A stretch of 64,000 bases of DNA from a bacterium (GTDB taxonomy: Bacteria; Sumerlaeota; Sumerlaeia; MVZB01), in assembly GCA_021372575.1 (NCBI GenBank), contig JAJFUE010000029.1:22646-86645 (forward strand), read 5' to 3'. How positions within the stretch are numbered: position 1 is the stretch's first letter; each line of letters opens with the position of its first letter. Of this stretch, positions 38,797 through 48,963 are shown piece after piece. Position numbers and translations under genes: made by a program. The notes beneath the pieces were generated by a model. It was not told the DNA's origin and made no database searches. It worked only from the letters and a program-made list of their open reading frames with translations.

Positions 38797-39514
38797 GTTA
38801 CTGCTTTCAGTGCTGATCGCGGCCTACGCCGTTCTATGGGTGGGCGGCGTGATCAGTTATGTTTTTCGAGGGACTCCACCCTCCGATAGCCGATGGACCG
38901 CGCCGCTCTTTCTGGCCCTAGCCGCCGCGGTTGCGCTTGTCCTGACAGCGCCATCATTTCGCCTTTCCCTGCTAAATGTGGGATTGATCGGACTGGCCGC
39001 CGAACTTGCCGGGGTGCGCTGGGGGTATCCGTTTGGCCGCTACACATACACCGGAACGCTGTCTCCCCAAATCATGGGCGTGCCGGTCGTCATGGGTTGC
39101 GCCTGGTTGTTGCTGTTTGCCTATGTCAAGACGATGCTTCATTTATGCGGGATGAACCGATCGTGGCAGCCGATTTACGGCGCGGTCTGGATGCTCGCGC
39201 TGGACCAGCTGATCGATCCGCTCGCCTCCGGCCCTCTCGGCTATTGGATCTGGCTGGATCAGGGGTGGTACTACGGCATTGCCCCGATGAATTTCGCCGG
39301 CTGGTTTCTAGTCGGTCTTGTCTTGTTTGTGATTTTTCGCGGCCCGTGGCCGTATCGCTCCGGAATCGCCAGGGTGGGTCTTAGCATCATTATATTTTTC
39401 TCCTTGATCGCCTTGGCCCGCGGCCTTTACGGCCCCCTGCTGGTTGGCGTTGCCTTGTGCCTGCTGCATGGATACCTGCGGCGGCGTTGGCGGAGTCGGA
39501 CGAGCGGACTTTAA
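38783..39514 (+). CDS. Integral membrane carotenoid biosynthesis protein (CruF / carotenoid 1,2-hydratase-like family), tentative
   Basis: 243 aa, 6 to 7 TM helices, Trp/Tyr-rich GYWIWLDQGWYYG segment. Last gene of the carotenoid cluster. Confidence 0.45.
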   Translation: MKPSKLLLSVLIAAYAVLWVGGVISYVFRGTPPSDSRWTAPLFLALAAAVALVLTAPSFRLSLLNVGLIGLAAELAGVRWGYPFGRYTYTGTLSPQIMGVPVVMGCAWLLLFAYVKTMLHLCGMNRSWQPIYGAVWMLALDQLIDPLASGPLGYWIWLDQGWYYGIAPMNFAGWFLVGLVLFVIFRGPWPYRSGIARVGLSIIIFFSLIALARGLYGPLLVGVALCLLHGYLRRRWRSRTSGL

Positions 39515-40042
39515 TCCATCGATGACGGCGTAAAGCTGTTGCAGCGACGCCGGGACAGCCTGGCTCAATGTCCGGTGTTGAATCAACCCGTCGGGATTCA
39601 TCACCACAACGAATGCCTTGCCCCCGGGATATTCGTATTTTCGAGCCACATCGCCAAGCCAATCGAGCATGACCGGAAACTTGATGTTACACCTGAAAAG
39701 ACCCTTCACGAGGGGTCGAATCCTGACAGGCACATTGCCCAACTGGGCCACGCCGAGGATAACAATCGTATCCTTGTATCGCTCATAGAGCGGTCGCACC
39801 CAACTATCAACCTGGGCGCTGCCAGTTTTATCGGCAAAAACGAGCACGCATACTTTTTCCTGGGGATAATGAATCTCGTAGCGCTTGCCATATTGGTCGT
39901 CCAGGCTGAAGGAACTGGCCAGCGTGCAAGTTGTCTGGGCTGAAACCGCGAGCACGGGCGGAAAGATCGGAAACAGTCCAATCCACATCATACAATGGAT
40001 TATTCCTCGCAGCTTCATCGTGAATTCCCGGCATTTCTTCAT
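39308..40042 (-). CDS. Secreted thioredoxin-fold / redoxin-like protein (tentative)
   Basis: Signal peptide MKLRGIIHCMMWIGLFPIFPPVLAVSA. Convergent with cruF and overlapping its 3' end. Low-complexity C-terminus. Confidence 0.4.
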   Translation of the reverse strand: MKKCREFTMKLRGIIHCMMWIGLFPIFPPVLAVSAQTTCTLASSFSLDDQYGKRYEIHYPQEKVCVLVFADKTGSAQVDSWVRPLYERYKDTIVILGVAQLGNVPVRIRPLVKGLFRCNIKFPVMLDWLGDVARKYEYPGGKAFVVVMNPDGLIQHRTLSQAVPASLQQLYAVIDGLKSARPTPPTPPQVSMQQAQGNANQQGAVKAAGQGDQGEKYNDAKTHPGDSGAIRPRAAKNHKQDKTD

Positions 40043-40247
40043 GGTGTTCGGAATGCGTGAATTTATTTTATCGTGTATCAGGCAGAAATCAAAATCGAAT
40101 CGGAACAGATAATTAATCGCATCCTGACTTCGACATCGGTTCCCCATTGTGGTTCCCCATTGGCCATGATTTTACTTGTTCAAATGAATCTTGATGACGC
40201 ATAACAGCGTTGTAATTAATCATCTTGCGAAATATTGAGAGCCCGTT

Positions 40248-40295
40248 TGGCCTTTCACGCCGGAAACAGGGGTTCGAATCCCCTTGGCGCTACCA
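40248..40295 (+). repeat. 48-bp direct repeat of the tRNA-Glu 3' half (attR-like); carries anticodon TTC instead of CTC
   Basis: TGGCCTTTCACGCCGGAAACAGGGGTTCGAATCCCCTTGGCGCTACCA matches 17243..17290 at 47 of 48 positions. The upstream sequence does not continue the tRNA 5' half. Confidence 0.7.
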
Positions 40296-40721
40296 AAATG
40301 AAACTAAAGCACTTACGGCCCGGAGCTCACCCTCCGGGCCATCTTAACGTACACCGGCAGCGTACACCGGATGGGGGCGAGCCGCCTAGCCCATTCGATG
40401 CGTCTTTATCTAACTCCCACGGGATATCGAGGTTGATCGTCGGTATCTGAGTATGAGCTGGTAGCCGAAACGAGCGCCAGCTTTATGAATGGAAAAGCTT
40501 CTCGCATGGTTATGCGCCCATACCTACCATAATGAAAAAATCGAAGGAAAATATTAAAGTTATTCAGAATACAGATAAAGTTTATAAAGTTTCTTGACAA
40601 CAGCGAGGATTTCATGCTTTCTGTTGCCAGCTGTAGCTGTAATTACCGTCAAAAATGAGTCGAACGGATCAGCGGTGAGGTCGTTTTTACCCGCCGATGC
40701 CCCAATTTGGAGGTAAACGAG

Positions 40722-41789
40722 ATGAAAATGCCGTTCTTGCGTTTGTCGCAACTCCTATCTCTGGCTGTAACAATTACATTCTTGTTATTGGCTTGCAACA
40801 AACCAAGTGACACAACGAATCAAAATAGCAATGCGACGCAAACAGCAAGCGGCGGCAATAGCAAAAACGAACTCACCAAAGTCAGTGTTCGTTTCCCAAT
40901 TCCGATCGTCGAATCCGGCCAGACCACGTTTTATGTGGCGCAGGACAAGGGCTTTTATGCCGCCGAAGGATTGGACGTCAGTTTCGGCATGGGGTCGCGT
41001 GAGCTGAATCCCATTAAGACAGTTGCGACAGGCCAGGACATGTTCGCCATCGTCGGCGGACCGGATACATTATTGGTCGCACGTTCCAAAGGCCAGCCGG
41101 TGAAAGCGATTGCGGTCCTCCACCGAAATTCGAATTTTCCGTGCCTGCTGACGCTAAAAAAATCCGGCATCACAAAAGTACAGCAATTGGAAGGGAAAAA
41201 GGTCGGATTCAACTATGGGCACATCTCGACGGACGTGTTGCGCAATCTATTCCGAAAGGCCAATGTCAAGGTCACCGAAGTCGATAGTGGATTCGACTAT
41301 AATCAGTTGATCACTGGGGGAGTGGACGCGGAATGGGCGTTCACGGTAACGGCTGGTCTGGACCTTCCCGCCAAGGGTGTCGAGGTCAACGTGATTAGTC
41401 CCGCCGATTACGGGATCGTCACGAACGGCTATACAATCTTCGCCACCGACAAGACGATCGCCGAAAAACCAGACATCGTTCTGAAATTCCTGCGCGCCAG
41501 CCTGCGGGGAGTCAATTACGCCGTCGAGCACCCGGAAGAGGCGAACAAGAGTCTCATTAAGCGTGATCCCAAACTTGATGAGGCACTCAACCTCAAACGG
41601 CAGCTGGCTTACAACACGGTGACCAGCAGGGCCGATCCGTATCCGGCAGGCTATATGGACAAGGAGATGTTCCAGACCACCTACGACCGCCTTGTCCAGG
41701 AAAAAGTCATCGAAAAGCCGTTTAACGTCACTGACGCGTATACGACGAGATTTCTTGAAGAAATCTATCGCCGGCCCTTTACGAAATGA
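40722..41789 (+). CDS. ABC transporter substrate-binding lipoprotein, NMT1/THI5-like (sulfonate/nitrate/bicarbonate family)
   Basis: Start MKMPFLRL with a GGAGG RBS. Lipobox LLAC. SsuA/TauA-like fold. Confidence 0.7.
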   Translation: MKMPFLRLSQLLSLAVTITFLLLACNKPSDTTNQNSNATQTASGGNSKNELTKVSVRFPIPIVESGQTTFYVAQDKGFYAAEGLDVSFGMGSRELNPIKTVATGQDMFAIVGGPDTLLVARSKGQPVKAIAVLHRNSNFPCLLTLKKSGITKVQQLEGKKVGFNYGHISTDVLRNLFRKANVKVTEVDSGFDYNQLITGGVDAEWAFTVTAGLDLPAKGVEVNVISPADYGIVTNGYTIFATDKTIAEKPDIVLKFLRASLRGVNYAVEHPEEANKSLIKRDPKLDEALNLKRQLAYNTVTSRADPYPAGYMDKEMFQTTYDRLVQEKVIEKPFNVTDAYTTRFLEEIYRRPFTK

Positions 41790-41796
41790 TTGAATC

Positions 41797-42546
41797 ATGA
41801 CCGCTCATGAACAGATCGTTGAAGCGGTAAACCTGTCGAAGACTTATCCGGACGGCAAGGTTCAGGCCCTGAAGGATATTTCCTTTAGTGTGGCCAAAGG
41901 CGAATTTATTTCGATTATCGGTCCGAGCGGGTGCGGAAAGAGCACCCTGATCAAGATTCTCGGCGACATTACCGAACCCAGCATGGGAACCGTACGCGTC
42001 AACGGATTGAACGCCCGTCAGGCCCGCCTGAAAGGCATGTTCAGCTTCGTGTTTCAGAATCCCGTCCTGCTGCCGTGGCGGCGTGTGATCGAGAATGTCT
42101 CGCTGCCGCTCGAGATCCTGCACAACGGCACGCGCGATCCCAATAGCCTGCTCCGCGTGTTCGGCCTCGAGGGATTTGAGAACGCGTATCCGGCACAACT
42201 GTCCGGCGGAATGAAACAACGTGTTGCGCTGGCGCGCGCCCTGACGTTCAACCCGAAAATTCTGCTGATGGACGAACCGTTCGGCGCGGTCGACGAACTC
42301 AATCGCGCCGCATTGGACCTGGACCTCGCCCGTATATGGCAGGAAATCGGCGTAACCGTTTTTTTCGTCACCCACAGCATCAGTGAGGCCGTGTTTCTGG
42401 CCGACCGCGTGTTCGTGCTTTCGGCCCGACCCGCTCGTTTAAAGACCGTCTTGAACATAAGTTTCCCCCGGCCAAGGAACAAGGAATTGCAGGAAACGGA
42501 ACCTTTTCAGGAGGTCGTACGGTGTCTGCGCAAGGAATTGGAATAA
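41797..42546 (+). CDS. ABC transporter ATP-binding protein (NitT/TauT family)
   Basis: Walker [10 protein letters not shown], signature [15 protein letters not shown], Walker [12 protein letters not shown]. Confidence 0.85.
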   Translation: MTAHEQIVEAVNLSKTYPDGKVQALKDISFSVAKGEFISIIGPSGCGKSTLIKILGDITEPSMGTVRVNGLNARQARLKGMFSFVFQNPVLLPWRRVIENVSLPLEILHNGTRDPNSLLRVFGLEGFENAYPAQLSGGMKQRVALARALTFNPKILLMDEPFGAVDELNRAALDLDLARIWQEIGVTVFFVTHSISEAVFLADRVFVLSARPARLKTVLNISFPRPRNKELQETEPFQEVVRCLRKELE

Positions 42547-43283
42547 GACCGGTCGTCGTTCCGGCGGTTGCGCTGGTCGTCTTGCTGGGTGTTTGGCAGG
42601 CGGCGCATCGCATATTCCATTTCAACAGCATCGTCCTGCCGGCGCCGACCGAAATCGTGGCCGCTTTCGTGAAAAACGCCGGAAGCATCCTGACCGAAAC
42701 GGGATTGACGATGTTCGAGTCTGTGATGGGATTCATCATCGGATGCGGCGCAGCTTACCTCCTCGCCATCGCCTTTGTCCACTCGCGCACCGTGCAGCAG
42801 GCTGTCTATCCATATGCCGTCGCGTTGAAATCCACGCCTCTGATCGCGATCGCCCCGCTCCTGGTGTTATGGTTCGGCAACGGCATCGCGTCCAAAATTG
42901 TCATGTCGGCGCTGGTCGCATTCTTCCCAGTGCTGGTCAATTCCGTAAGCGGCTTGACGGCTGTGGACGCCGAGGCGCTGGATCTAATGAAATCCTACTC
43001 AGCGACGCGACGGCAGGTCCTCCTCAAGATCCGCATTCCGAATTCGCTGAGCTATCTCTTTCCCGCGTTGAAGATCGCCAGTTCACTTGCCGTCGTCGGA
43101 GCGGTGATTGGCGAATTCACCGGCTCCACGCGAGGCATTGGGCATTTAATCAATACATCATCTTATTATCTCGACACAGCCCTGGTTTTCTCGGCAATTG
43201 GGAGTATTTCACTCGGTGGGATTCTTTTCTTCGGCTTTGTCGCATGGTTTGAAAAACGGATCGTATTTTGGCAGAAAGCATGA
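42522..43283 (+). CDS. ABC transporter permease (NitT/TauT family)
   Basis: 253 aa, 6 TM helices, EAA-like loop (…[26 protein letters not shown]…). Confidence 0.8.
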   Translation: MSAQGIGIRPVVVPAVALVVLLGVWQAAHRIFHFNSIVLPAPTEIVAAFVKNAGSILTETGLTMFESVMGFIIGCGAAYLLAIAFVHSRTVQQAVYPYAVALKSTPLIAIAPLLVLWFGNGIASKIVMSALVAFFPVLVNSVSGLTAVDAEALDLMKSYSATRRQVLLKIRIPNSLSYLFPALKIASSLAVVGAVIGEFTGSTRGIGHLINTSSYYLDTALVFSAIGSISLGGILFFGFVAWFEKRIVFWQKA

Positions 43284-43318
43284 ATTTTTTTCATCAGCAC
43301 CATTAAAGGGGCGCACTA

Positions 43319-44434
43319 ATGAACGCAGATATTATTTCACTAAGTGAAATGCTTGATGTTCATGCGGACCGCTGTTTTTCAGAATTACCAGTTGACGGCG
43401 TTAACGGTGTCTTTGGAAAGGAGCAATTGCAGTTTTGTTTCGGGGCCGGTATTTGTCGTGGAACCTACATGCGGCATCGCTCGCAACCGGTAAAGGGCTC
43501 TTGCTTAGTCATCGGAAAATCCAGGTCAGATTTCCCATCTTCTCAGCCATTCCAACCAATTACGCTGCACGAAGAACCTGTTGTTTGGATTGCGAAACAG
43601 TTTGCACAGCCGTTCTGCGAAGATGTAAGACTTAGCGAGCATCTATGGCCAGATTTGGCTGACTTGGAATACGCTCTCTCTGGCGACCACCATTGTGCCC
43701 CACACAAGATTATACCACCGGAGTTGATTAATAAGTACGTGACCGTCCTTGCACCAGACTGTTTTGAGTTTACAAATCTTGCCTACACGGAGAATCATGC
43801 AATACATTGGTGGACCAGACTCCGCAATATCGAGGAACAAAGAAAGAAAGAAAGGGTCAAGGTGGTTGGGATTTATGGCGAAGGAACAAGCGTGGTGCTC
43901 GATGATCTTGTATCGATCCCTTTTATGACGCATGCGAATGGAAATCCCCCCATTATGCAAGGCCTTTTCAATCTAAATAATCCACATGAGTCTGTATTTC
44001 AAGTTCCTCAAGTTGAAAAACTGGTGTTTGATAAGGCGTTCACACTGGTTGAAAACCTCCATCAATGGCTTGCTACATTTTCCGTTGACTTGTCGACCCG
44101 AAGGCCGGACGAGGTGGAGTTGTGCACTGTTCGAAAAGCGGACGAACACGAACTGCTGGGAGCAATAGAGCAATTGGCTATTATTTTGGCGAACACTGAC
44201 ACCGAGGAATCGCTTGCAAAAGCTAGAGAGATGAAGGTGAAGTCTTCGCAGCCACAGCTCACAAAACTACGGAATCAAGTTGTGAACAGACTCACTGCCG
44301 AAAAGGAATCAATAGACTGCCTGGTCAAGGAGTTGGGTTTAGGCCATAAACGAACTCGTGCAATGGTCATGGGTTTTGCCGGGATTATGGTAGTGATGGC
44401 AATCGAAACAATATTGGTAATGATGCACAAATAG
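43319..44434 (+). CDS. Hypothetical protein
   Basis: 371 aa. The C-terminal roughly 25 aa are hydrophobic (TM anchor). No recognisable motif. Confidence 0.4.
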   Translation: MNADIISLSEMLDVHADRCFSELPVDGVNGVFGKEQLQFCFGAGICRGTYMRHRSQPVKGSCLVIGKSRSDFPSSQPFQPITLHEEPVVWIAKQFAQPFCEDVRLSEHLWPDLADLEYALSGDHHCAPHKIIPPELINKYVTVLAPDCFEFTNLAYTENHAIHWWTRLRNIEEQRKKERVKVVGIYGEGTSVVLDDLVSIPFMTHANGNPPIMQGLFNLNNPHESVFQVPQVEKLVFDKAFTLVENLHQWLATFSVDLSTRRPDEVELCTVRKADEHELLGAIEQLAIILANTDTEESLAKAREMKVKSSQPQLTKLRNQVVNRLTAEKESIDCLVKELGLGHKRTRAMVMGFAGIMVVMAIETILVMMHK

Positions 44435-44449
44435 GAGGAGGGAAACGAA

Positions 44450-44818
44450 ATGAGCACTGCAATTTCTGATCTATTAAGAATTGGCTTGGAAAAGTTGTCT
44501 GACGAAATCTGGGTGTTTGAAGTGATTTGTCTCTTCGTTTTCTTGACAGTTCTTTATCTATTGCGTGCTGAGGAGAAGATCCGGCCAACGGCAGGCCAAG
44601 TTTTTACAATTAGCAGCCGTTACTATTGGAAAGACCGGCAGAGCAGAAGATTAACATATTTAGTTGGTTGGATTTGCACTTTTATAATTGCCTTAGGAGT
44701 AAGTATTTTCTTAATTAGTGTTAACCCTGCGCCGAAGCCGTCGAAAGGGGCTGTGTCTCATGGAGATGTCACAATCATCCCCAGTGTAACGGGTTCAGGA
44801 ACAAGCAAGATCGAGTAA
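44450..44818 (+). CDS. Hypothetical small membrane protein (2 TM)
   Basis: 122 aa. RBS GGAGGAGGG upstream. Confidence 0.35.
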   Translation: MSTAISDLLRIGLEKLSDEIWVFEVICLFVFLTVLYLLRAEEKIRPTAGQVFTISSRYYWKDRQSRRLTYLVGWICTFIIALGVSIFLISVNPAPKPSKGAVSHGDVTIIPSVTGSGTSKIE

Positions 44819-44862
44819 TTAACCCTTGATTCTTCACGCCAAAGGCAAATTGAGAGCGAAAC

Positions 44863-46698
44863 ATGGAGAATAAGATTATGAGCGATTGTAGATATGGAAC
44901 AAATGGATGGATTCTCGGCATCAACTCCGCGTATCACGAGCCTGCCGCATGTTTGATTCGCGACGGCGAGATAGTCGCCGCTGCGGAAGAGGAACGATTC
45001 AACCGGATCCGGCATGGGAAACGCGCGGATTTGCTGAATCCGCATGAGATTCCCGTGAACTCGATACGATATTGCATGGATGTCACCGGGATTTCGGCGA
45101 AGGATCTGGACGCCATCGGGTTTTCGTTTCTCCCGGACAAACGGTTGCAAGCCAACGCCGCACTGGACCCGGACCCCGAACCGGGTTGCGCCGGCACACG
45201 CGACGGCGAGGAACGGTTCCATCAGTTGCTCCTGACTGTCCCCCGGCGCCTGGGCGATTTTCTGGGCGAGGACGTCACGTCACGATTCCATTGGATCGAA
45301 CATCACCTGTGCCACGCCGCCAGCGCGTATTTCGTCTCCCCGTTTGATGAGGCGGCGATCCTGAGCGTCGATGGCATCGGAGAAACGACGAGCGCGTGGC
45401 TCGGCGTGGGACGCGGCAACCACATTTTCCCACTGAAGGAAATCGCCTATCCGAATTCGCTCGGCTTTCTCTGGACCAAGGCATCGCGCTTTCTCGGATT
45501 CGGCGAATACGGGCAGTGGAAAGTGATGGGGCTGGCGGGGTTTGGCGATCCCGACCGCTACTACGGCGCGTTCCGTGAGTTTGTATCTTATGACGAGGAC
45601 GGAAACTTCTCCGTCAACAATGGCGTGTTGCAATTCCGCGCGAATCGATACGACGGATACGAACAACTCTTCGGTCCGCACCGTCTTCCCGGCGAGGACA
45701 TCGAGGAACGGCATCGGGACATGGCGGCGGCGCTTCAAAAGATCACAAACGAGGTTCAATTGGCCCTCGCACGCTATCAGCATCGCGCGACGGGACTCAA
45801 ACGCCTCTGCCAGGCGGGCGGCGTTGCGCTGAACTGCATCGCCAACCGCGTCATCCTCGAGGAAGGGCCGTTCGATGAGGTCTTCATCCAACCGGCGGCA
45901 AACGATGCGGGAACGGCGATGGGCGCGTGCTTTTATCTCTGGAATCACGAGATGAATCGGCCCGAACGCTCGCAACTTTCGCATGTTTATCTGGGACCGG
46001 AGTTCGATGCGGACGAAACCGCCGCAAAGTTGTTCCCACACGCTCAAAAATCGAACGATATCGCCAGGGATGTTGCGGCGCTGCTGGCGCACGGCGAGAT
46101 CGTTGCATGGTTCCAGGGACGAATGGAATGGGGACCGCGCGCGCTGGGCAATCGCAGCATTTTGGCAGATCCGCGTCGGGCTGATATGGTCCACACCCTG
46201 AACGAGAAGGTCAAACACCGCGAGTTTTTCCGCCCGTTCGCGGCGAGCGTGCTGTCGGAAAAGAGTAGCGAATGGTTCGAGTTCGGCAAGCATGCGCACG
46301 GCGACGCATTCATGCTTTATGCACGCAGGATTCGGCCGGATAAAACGGGCCGAATTCCGGCGGTGACGCACATCGACGGCACAAGCCGGATTCAAGTTGT
46401 GGAAGCTGCGGCGAATCCATCCTTTCATCGCCTGATCGCGGAATTTAATGAACTCACCGGCGTTCCGCTCCTGTTGAACACCTCGCTCAACGACCGTGAA
46501 CCTATCATTTGCACGCCGCGGAATGCCGCGGAAACATGCCACCGGGCCGGGATTCGATACCTGGCAATCGGGGATTGCCTTGTGGATTTCCAGCAAGAGG
46601 GAGTCATGACAGAAAACAGGTGGACGGCAAGTTCTCTCGACAACTTCGAAACCGAGCTCTTGAGCCAACCGCTTGAACTGACGTTCCGGAGCCGGTGA
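44863..46698 (+). CDS. Carbamoyltransferase, NodU/CmcH/TobZ family (Kae1-like N-domain + YrdC-like C-domain)
   Basis: 611 aa. N-terminal GINSAYHEPAACLIRDGEIVAAAEEERFNR (ASKHA/Kae1-like). Characteristic family length. Confidence 0.75.
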   Translation: MENKIMSDCRYGTNGWILGINSAYHEPAACLIRDGEIVAAAEEERFNRIRHGKRADLLNPHEIPVNSIRYCMDVTGISAKDLDAIGFSFLPDKRLQANAALDPDPEPGCAGTRDGEERFHQLLLTVPRRLGDFLGEDVTSRFHWIEHHLCHAASAYFVSPFDEAAILSVDGIGETTSAWLGVGRGNHIFPLKEIAYPNSLGFLWTKASRFLGFGEYGQWKVMGLAGFGDPDRYYGAFREFVSYDEDGNFSVNNGVLQFRANRYDGYEQLFGPHRLPGEDIEERHRDMAAALQKITNEVQLALARYQHRATGLKRLCQAGGVALNCIANRVILEEGPFDEVFIQPAANDAGTAMGACFYLWNHEMNRPERSQLSHVYLGPEFDADETAAKLFPHAQKSNDIARDVAALLAHGEIVAWFQGRMEWGPRALGNRSILADPRRADMVHTLNEKVKHREFFRPFAASVLSEKSSEWFEFGKHAHGDAFMLYARRIRPDKTGRIPAVTHIDGTSRIQVVEAAANPSFHRLIAEFNELTGVPLLLNTSLNDREPIICTPRNAAETCHRAGIRYLAIGDCLVDFQQEGVMTENRWTASSLDNFETELLSQPLELTFRSR

Positions 46699-47954
46699 CG
46701 GTGGACGGCACAATAACTCCAGCCGCGGGAAAGCATGTCCTCGGCCGTGGCAATCCCAAGGAATTGGGCGCCGATCGAGTCGGAATGTATCCGTATTCCG
46801 GGAAGGTTTGGCCGCCGACGGATTTTGTCGCTGAATACGCGACCGTGCTGAGCGGCCACGAGCAAGCCTTACTACGCCGCCATGCCGTCGCCTTGGCCGA
46901 CGCCCCGGCGGTAATGTCCCTTCCCGCTGAACTCACTCATTGTCTGGCGCGTTCGCCGGAATCGGAATCGGCGATCCCGGCGATGGTCATCAAACGCAGC
47001 GGAGGTCGATCCGCCTTTTGGCCCGAGCGGAAACTGAAATTCAAAGGCTGTCGTCCGGTGCTGGACGGCGCAACGTATCCGCTCGAGGTTCTGGCCCCCG
47101 GTTCACATTGCATAGAACACACCGCCATCCCGTTCGGGACGCTTGGCCCCGAAGGAGTGATGCGTGAAGTACTGGCATGGGCATTCTGCCGCGAACACGG
47201 TTTGCCGGTCCACGCGATACCAGTGCTCGTCTTCGAGTATATCGTGGATGGCCGTTCGGTGGGCTGCTGCCTGATCTCGGAAACTTGCGGCGAGGAGCGT
47301 ATCGAGGCACACATTGAATATCCCCGGTGCACAGTGCAGGACCTCATTGAAGCCAAGCGCAAAGGAACCGCATCGGTCGGAGGGGTGCCTATTGGGTCGG
47401 AATTACAACTGCGCGACTTGAATCTGTGGCAATATGTGGAAGACAAAAGCCGTCTGCTTTGCGATATGCATTTCCAAGGTGGGTTTCGAGGAATCCTGAA
47501 TAGCAATATCGGCAATGACGTACTGCAGCGCGTGTCGAATGAATATTTTAAATTATGCCTTTGCGATTTTGATTCTTTCCGCATCGTGCGGATTCCCGAT
47601 CGGCCATGCCAGGATTTTCTGAACGATTTCGTCCTGCGCACCATGATCGAAGTCATCAAGGGTAGTTTATCCATCTGCGATTACGTGGTAATTCCGGAAG
47701 CTGCAAATGTATCGGAAACCGCGGAGAAGCTGGGGACGGCGTACTTCGCGAAAAGCAGCCTATGGCACGCTTACTCGCGTCGATTCGGAAACGCGGCAAA
47801 AGCTGGGGGTTGGGATATGAAATGTGTTTATGAAGCGTTTGTTCGTGCGAAACGAACCGAAGCCGCCGCCGAAGTGTTGGCGTCGTGCGTCATTAACAGC
47901 CACTATCTCCGCCGAATGAGCGGCGATCGAAACGTATTCTATCCGCATAACTAG
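46695..47954 (+). CDS. Hypothetical protein with protein-kinase-like/phosphotransferase-like motifs (tentative)
   Basis: GTG start overlapping the upstream stop (GTGA). A catalytic-loop-like FRGILNSNIGND and a DFD (DFG-like) motif. Confidence 0.35.
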   Translation: MTVDGTITPAAGKHVLGRGNPKELGADRVGMYPYSGKVWPPTDFVAEYATVLSGHEQALLRRHAVALADAPAVMSLPAELTHCLARSPESESAIPAMVIKRSGGRSAFWPERKLKFKGCRPVLDGATYPLEVLAPGSHCIEHTAIPFGTLGPEGVMREVLAWAFCREHGLPVHAIPVLVFEYIVDGRSVGCCLISETCGEERIEAHIEYPRCTVQDLIEAKRKGTASVGGVPIGSELQLRDLNLWQYVEDKSRLLCDMHFQGGFRGILNSNIGNDVLQRVSNEYFKLCLCDFDSFRIVRIPDRPCQDFLNDFVLRTMIEVIKGSLSICDYVVIPEAANVSETAEKLGTAYFAKSSLWHAYSRRFGNAAKAGGWDMKCVYEAFVRAKRTEAAAEVLASCVINSHYLRRMSGDRNVFYPHN

Positions 47955-47978
47955 GGCTGGTCTCGGGCTGCATGTCAT

Positions 47979-48938
47979 ATGAGAACGACGCTTCCCAGAA
48001 CGTCTGAATTCGTATTCCCGGTCCGCGTGGATCAGAACGGATTCCGGCCCGTTTATAAACTCGGCAATGAAGGGGGTTATTGTTCATTTGGCTGCGAGTT
48101 TTGCGGCGTCGGCAAATCCCGGCGTGTTACATCCGCGGAGAACATCTCGCTGTTTGACGAGTTGCACGCCAAATATTCGGTCGATATTGCCGGCCCCTAT
48201 CATCCAGCCATTTTTAATCGTGGCAACGTGACCGATCCGAAAGCGTTTTCGCCGGCGACGCTCGATCATATCCTCGGCGTTTTCGAGAAAGACAAACGTG
48301 TCACGTATCTCTCGCTGAATTCGCGCGAAGCCACCGCGACGGCTGAGGTATTGGACCGTTTGGCTGAACGGCGTCTGCCTTTTCCGATTCATTTCATTTT
48401 CGGGCAGGAAAGTTTCAGCGAAACGGCCCCGCAGATTCTAGGCAAGAACAATCGAGGCGAGTTGCATCGTTTTATCGAAAAACTGGAACCGTATAATTCC
48501 GCCACCGGACTCAAACACGAAAAAAGATATGTCTTCGGGTTGGATGTAAACCTGATTTACCTGCCTGAGTTGTATCTCAAAGCCGACGAACCGAGGATTG
48601 GTAACGAGTCCATGATAGCCACGGGACTGGCCAACGAGCTTCGAACGTTGCTCGCTCATTGCAGTCCATTGGTGCCCGTCGAGGTGAACATCCATCCATA
48701 TTACGAAGTCGAGGCGTTGACTCACAAAAAGGCGGATCTGTTTCTCTTGATGCGGATTCTCCCGCAGCTCAGACAAATCGTCGAGGAACATAATGCGAGG
48801 TCGGGAATGCCGAGGACGCATGTGTTCATCGGAGTTGTGTTTCTCGATTTTTACCAATCCAACTTGAACACAATTCAATCCAAAAAATTGGTATGGCTTC
48901 AAACCGCAATCAACGATTTCAATCGAACCGGCGTCTGA
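47979..48938 (+). CDS. Radical SAM domain protein
   Basis: 319 aa. CxxxCxxC cluster motif GGYCSFGCEFCGV near the N-terminus. Confidence 0.6.
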   Translation: MRTTLPRTSEFVFPVRVDQNGFRPVYKLGNEGGYCSFGCEFCGVGKSRRVTSAENISLFDELHAKYSVDIAGPYHPAIFNRGNVTDPKAFSPATLDHILGVFEKDKRVTYLSLNSREATATAEVLDRLAERRLPFPIHFIFGQESFSETAPQILGKNNRGELHRFIEKLEPYNSATGLKHEKRYVFGLDVNLIYLPELYLKADEPRIGNESMIATGLANELRTLLAHCSPLVPVEVNIHPYYEVEALTHKKADLFLLMRILPQLRQIVEEHNARSGMPRTHVFIGVVFLDFYQSNLNTIQSKKLVWLQTAINDFNRTGV

Positions 48939-48963
48939 ACAAGCAAACGTTTCGTGGAGAGGA

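Larger units (their letters stand above)
17291..40295. mobile_element. About 23 kb integrative genomic island at the tRNA-Glu 3' end, bounded by 48-bp direct repeats (17243..17290 and 40248..40295). Composite: AT-rich defence module, IS elements, GC-rich carotenoid cluster
   Basis: Tyrosine integrase immediately next to the intact tRNA. A 48/48-bp repeat of the tRNA 3' half (one mismatch, at anticodon position 34) lies 23 kb downstream. GC is visibly lower across 18.5-28.1 kb. Confidence 0.5.

Noticed and set aside
40248-40295. Possibility that the distal tRNA-like 48-mer is a second complete tRNA gene
   Set aside because: The sequence upstream (GAGAGCCCGTT) cannot form the acceptor, D and anticodon 5' halves, so only the 3' portion is present. 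It is an att-type partial repeat, not a tRNA.
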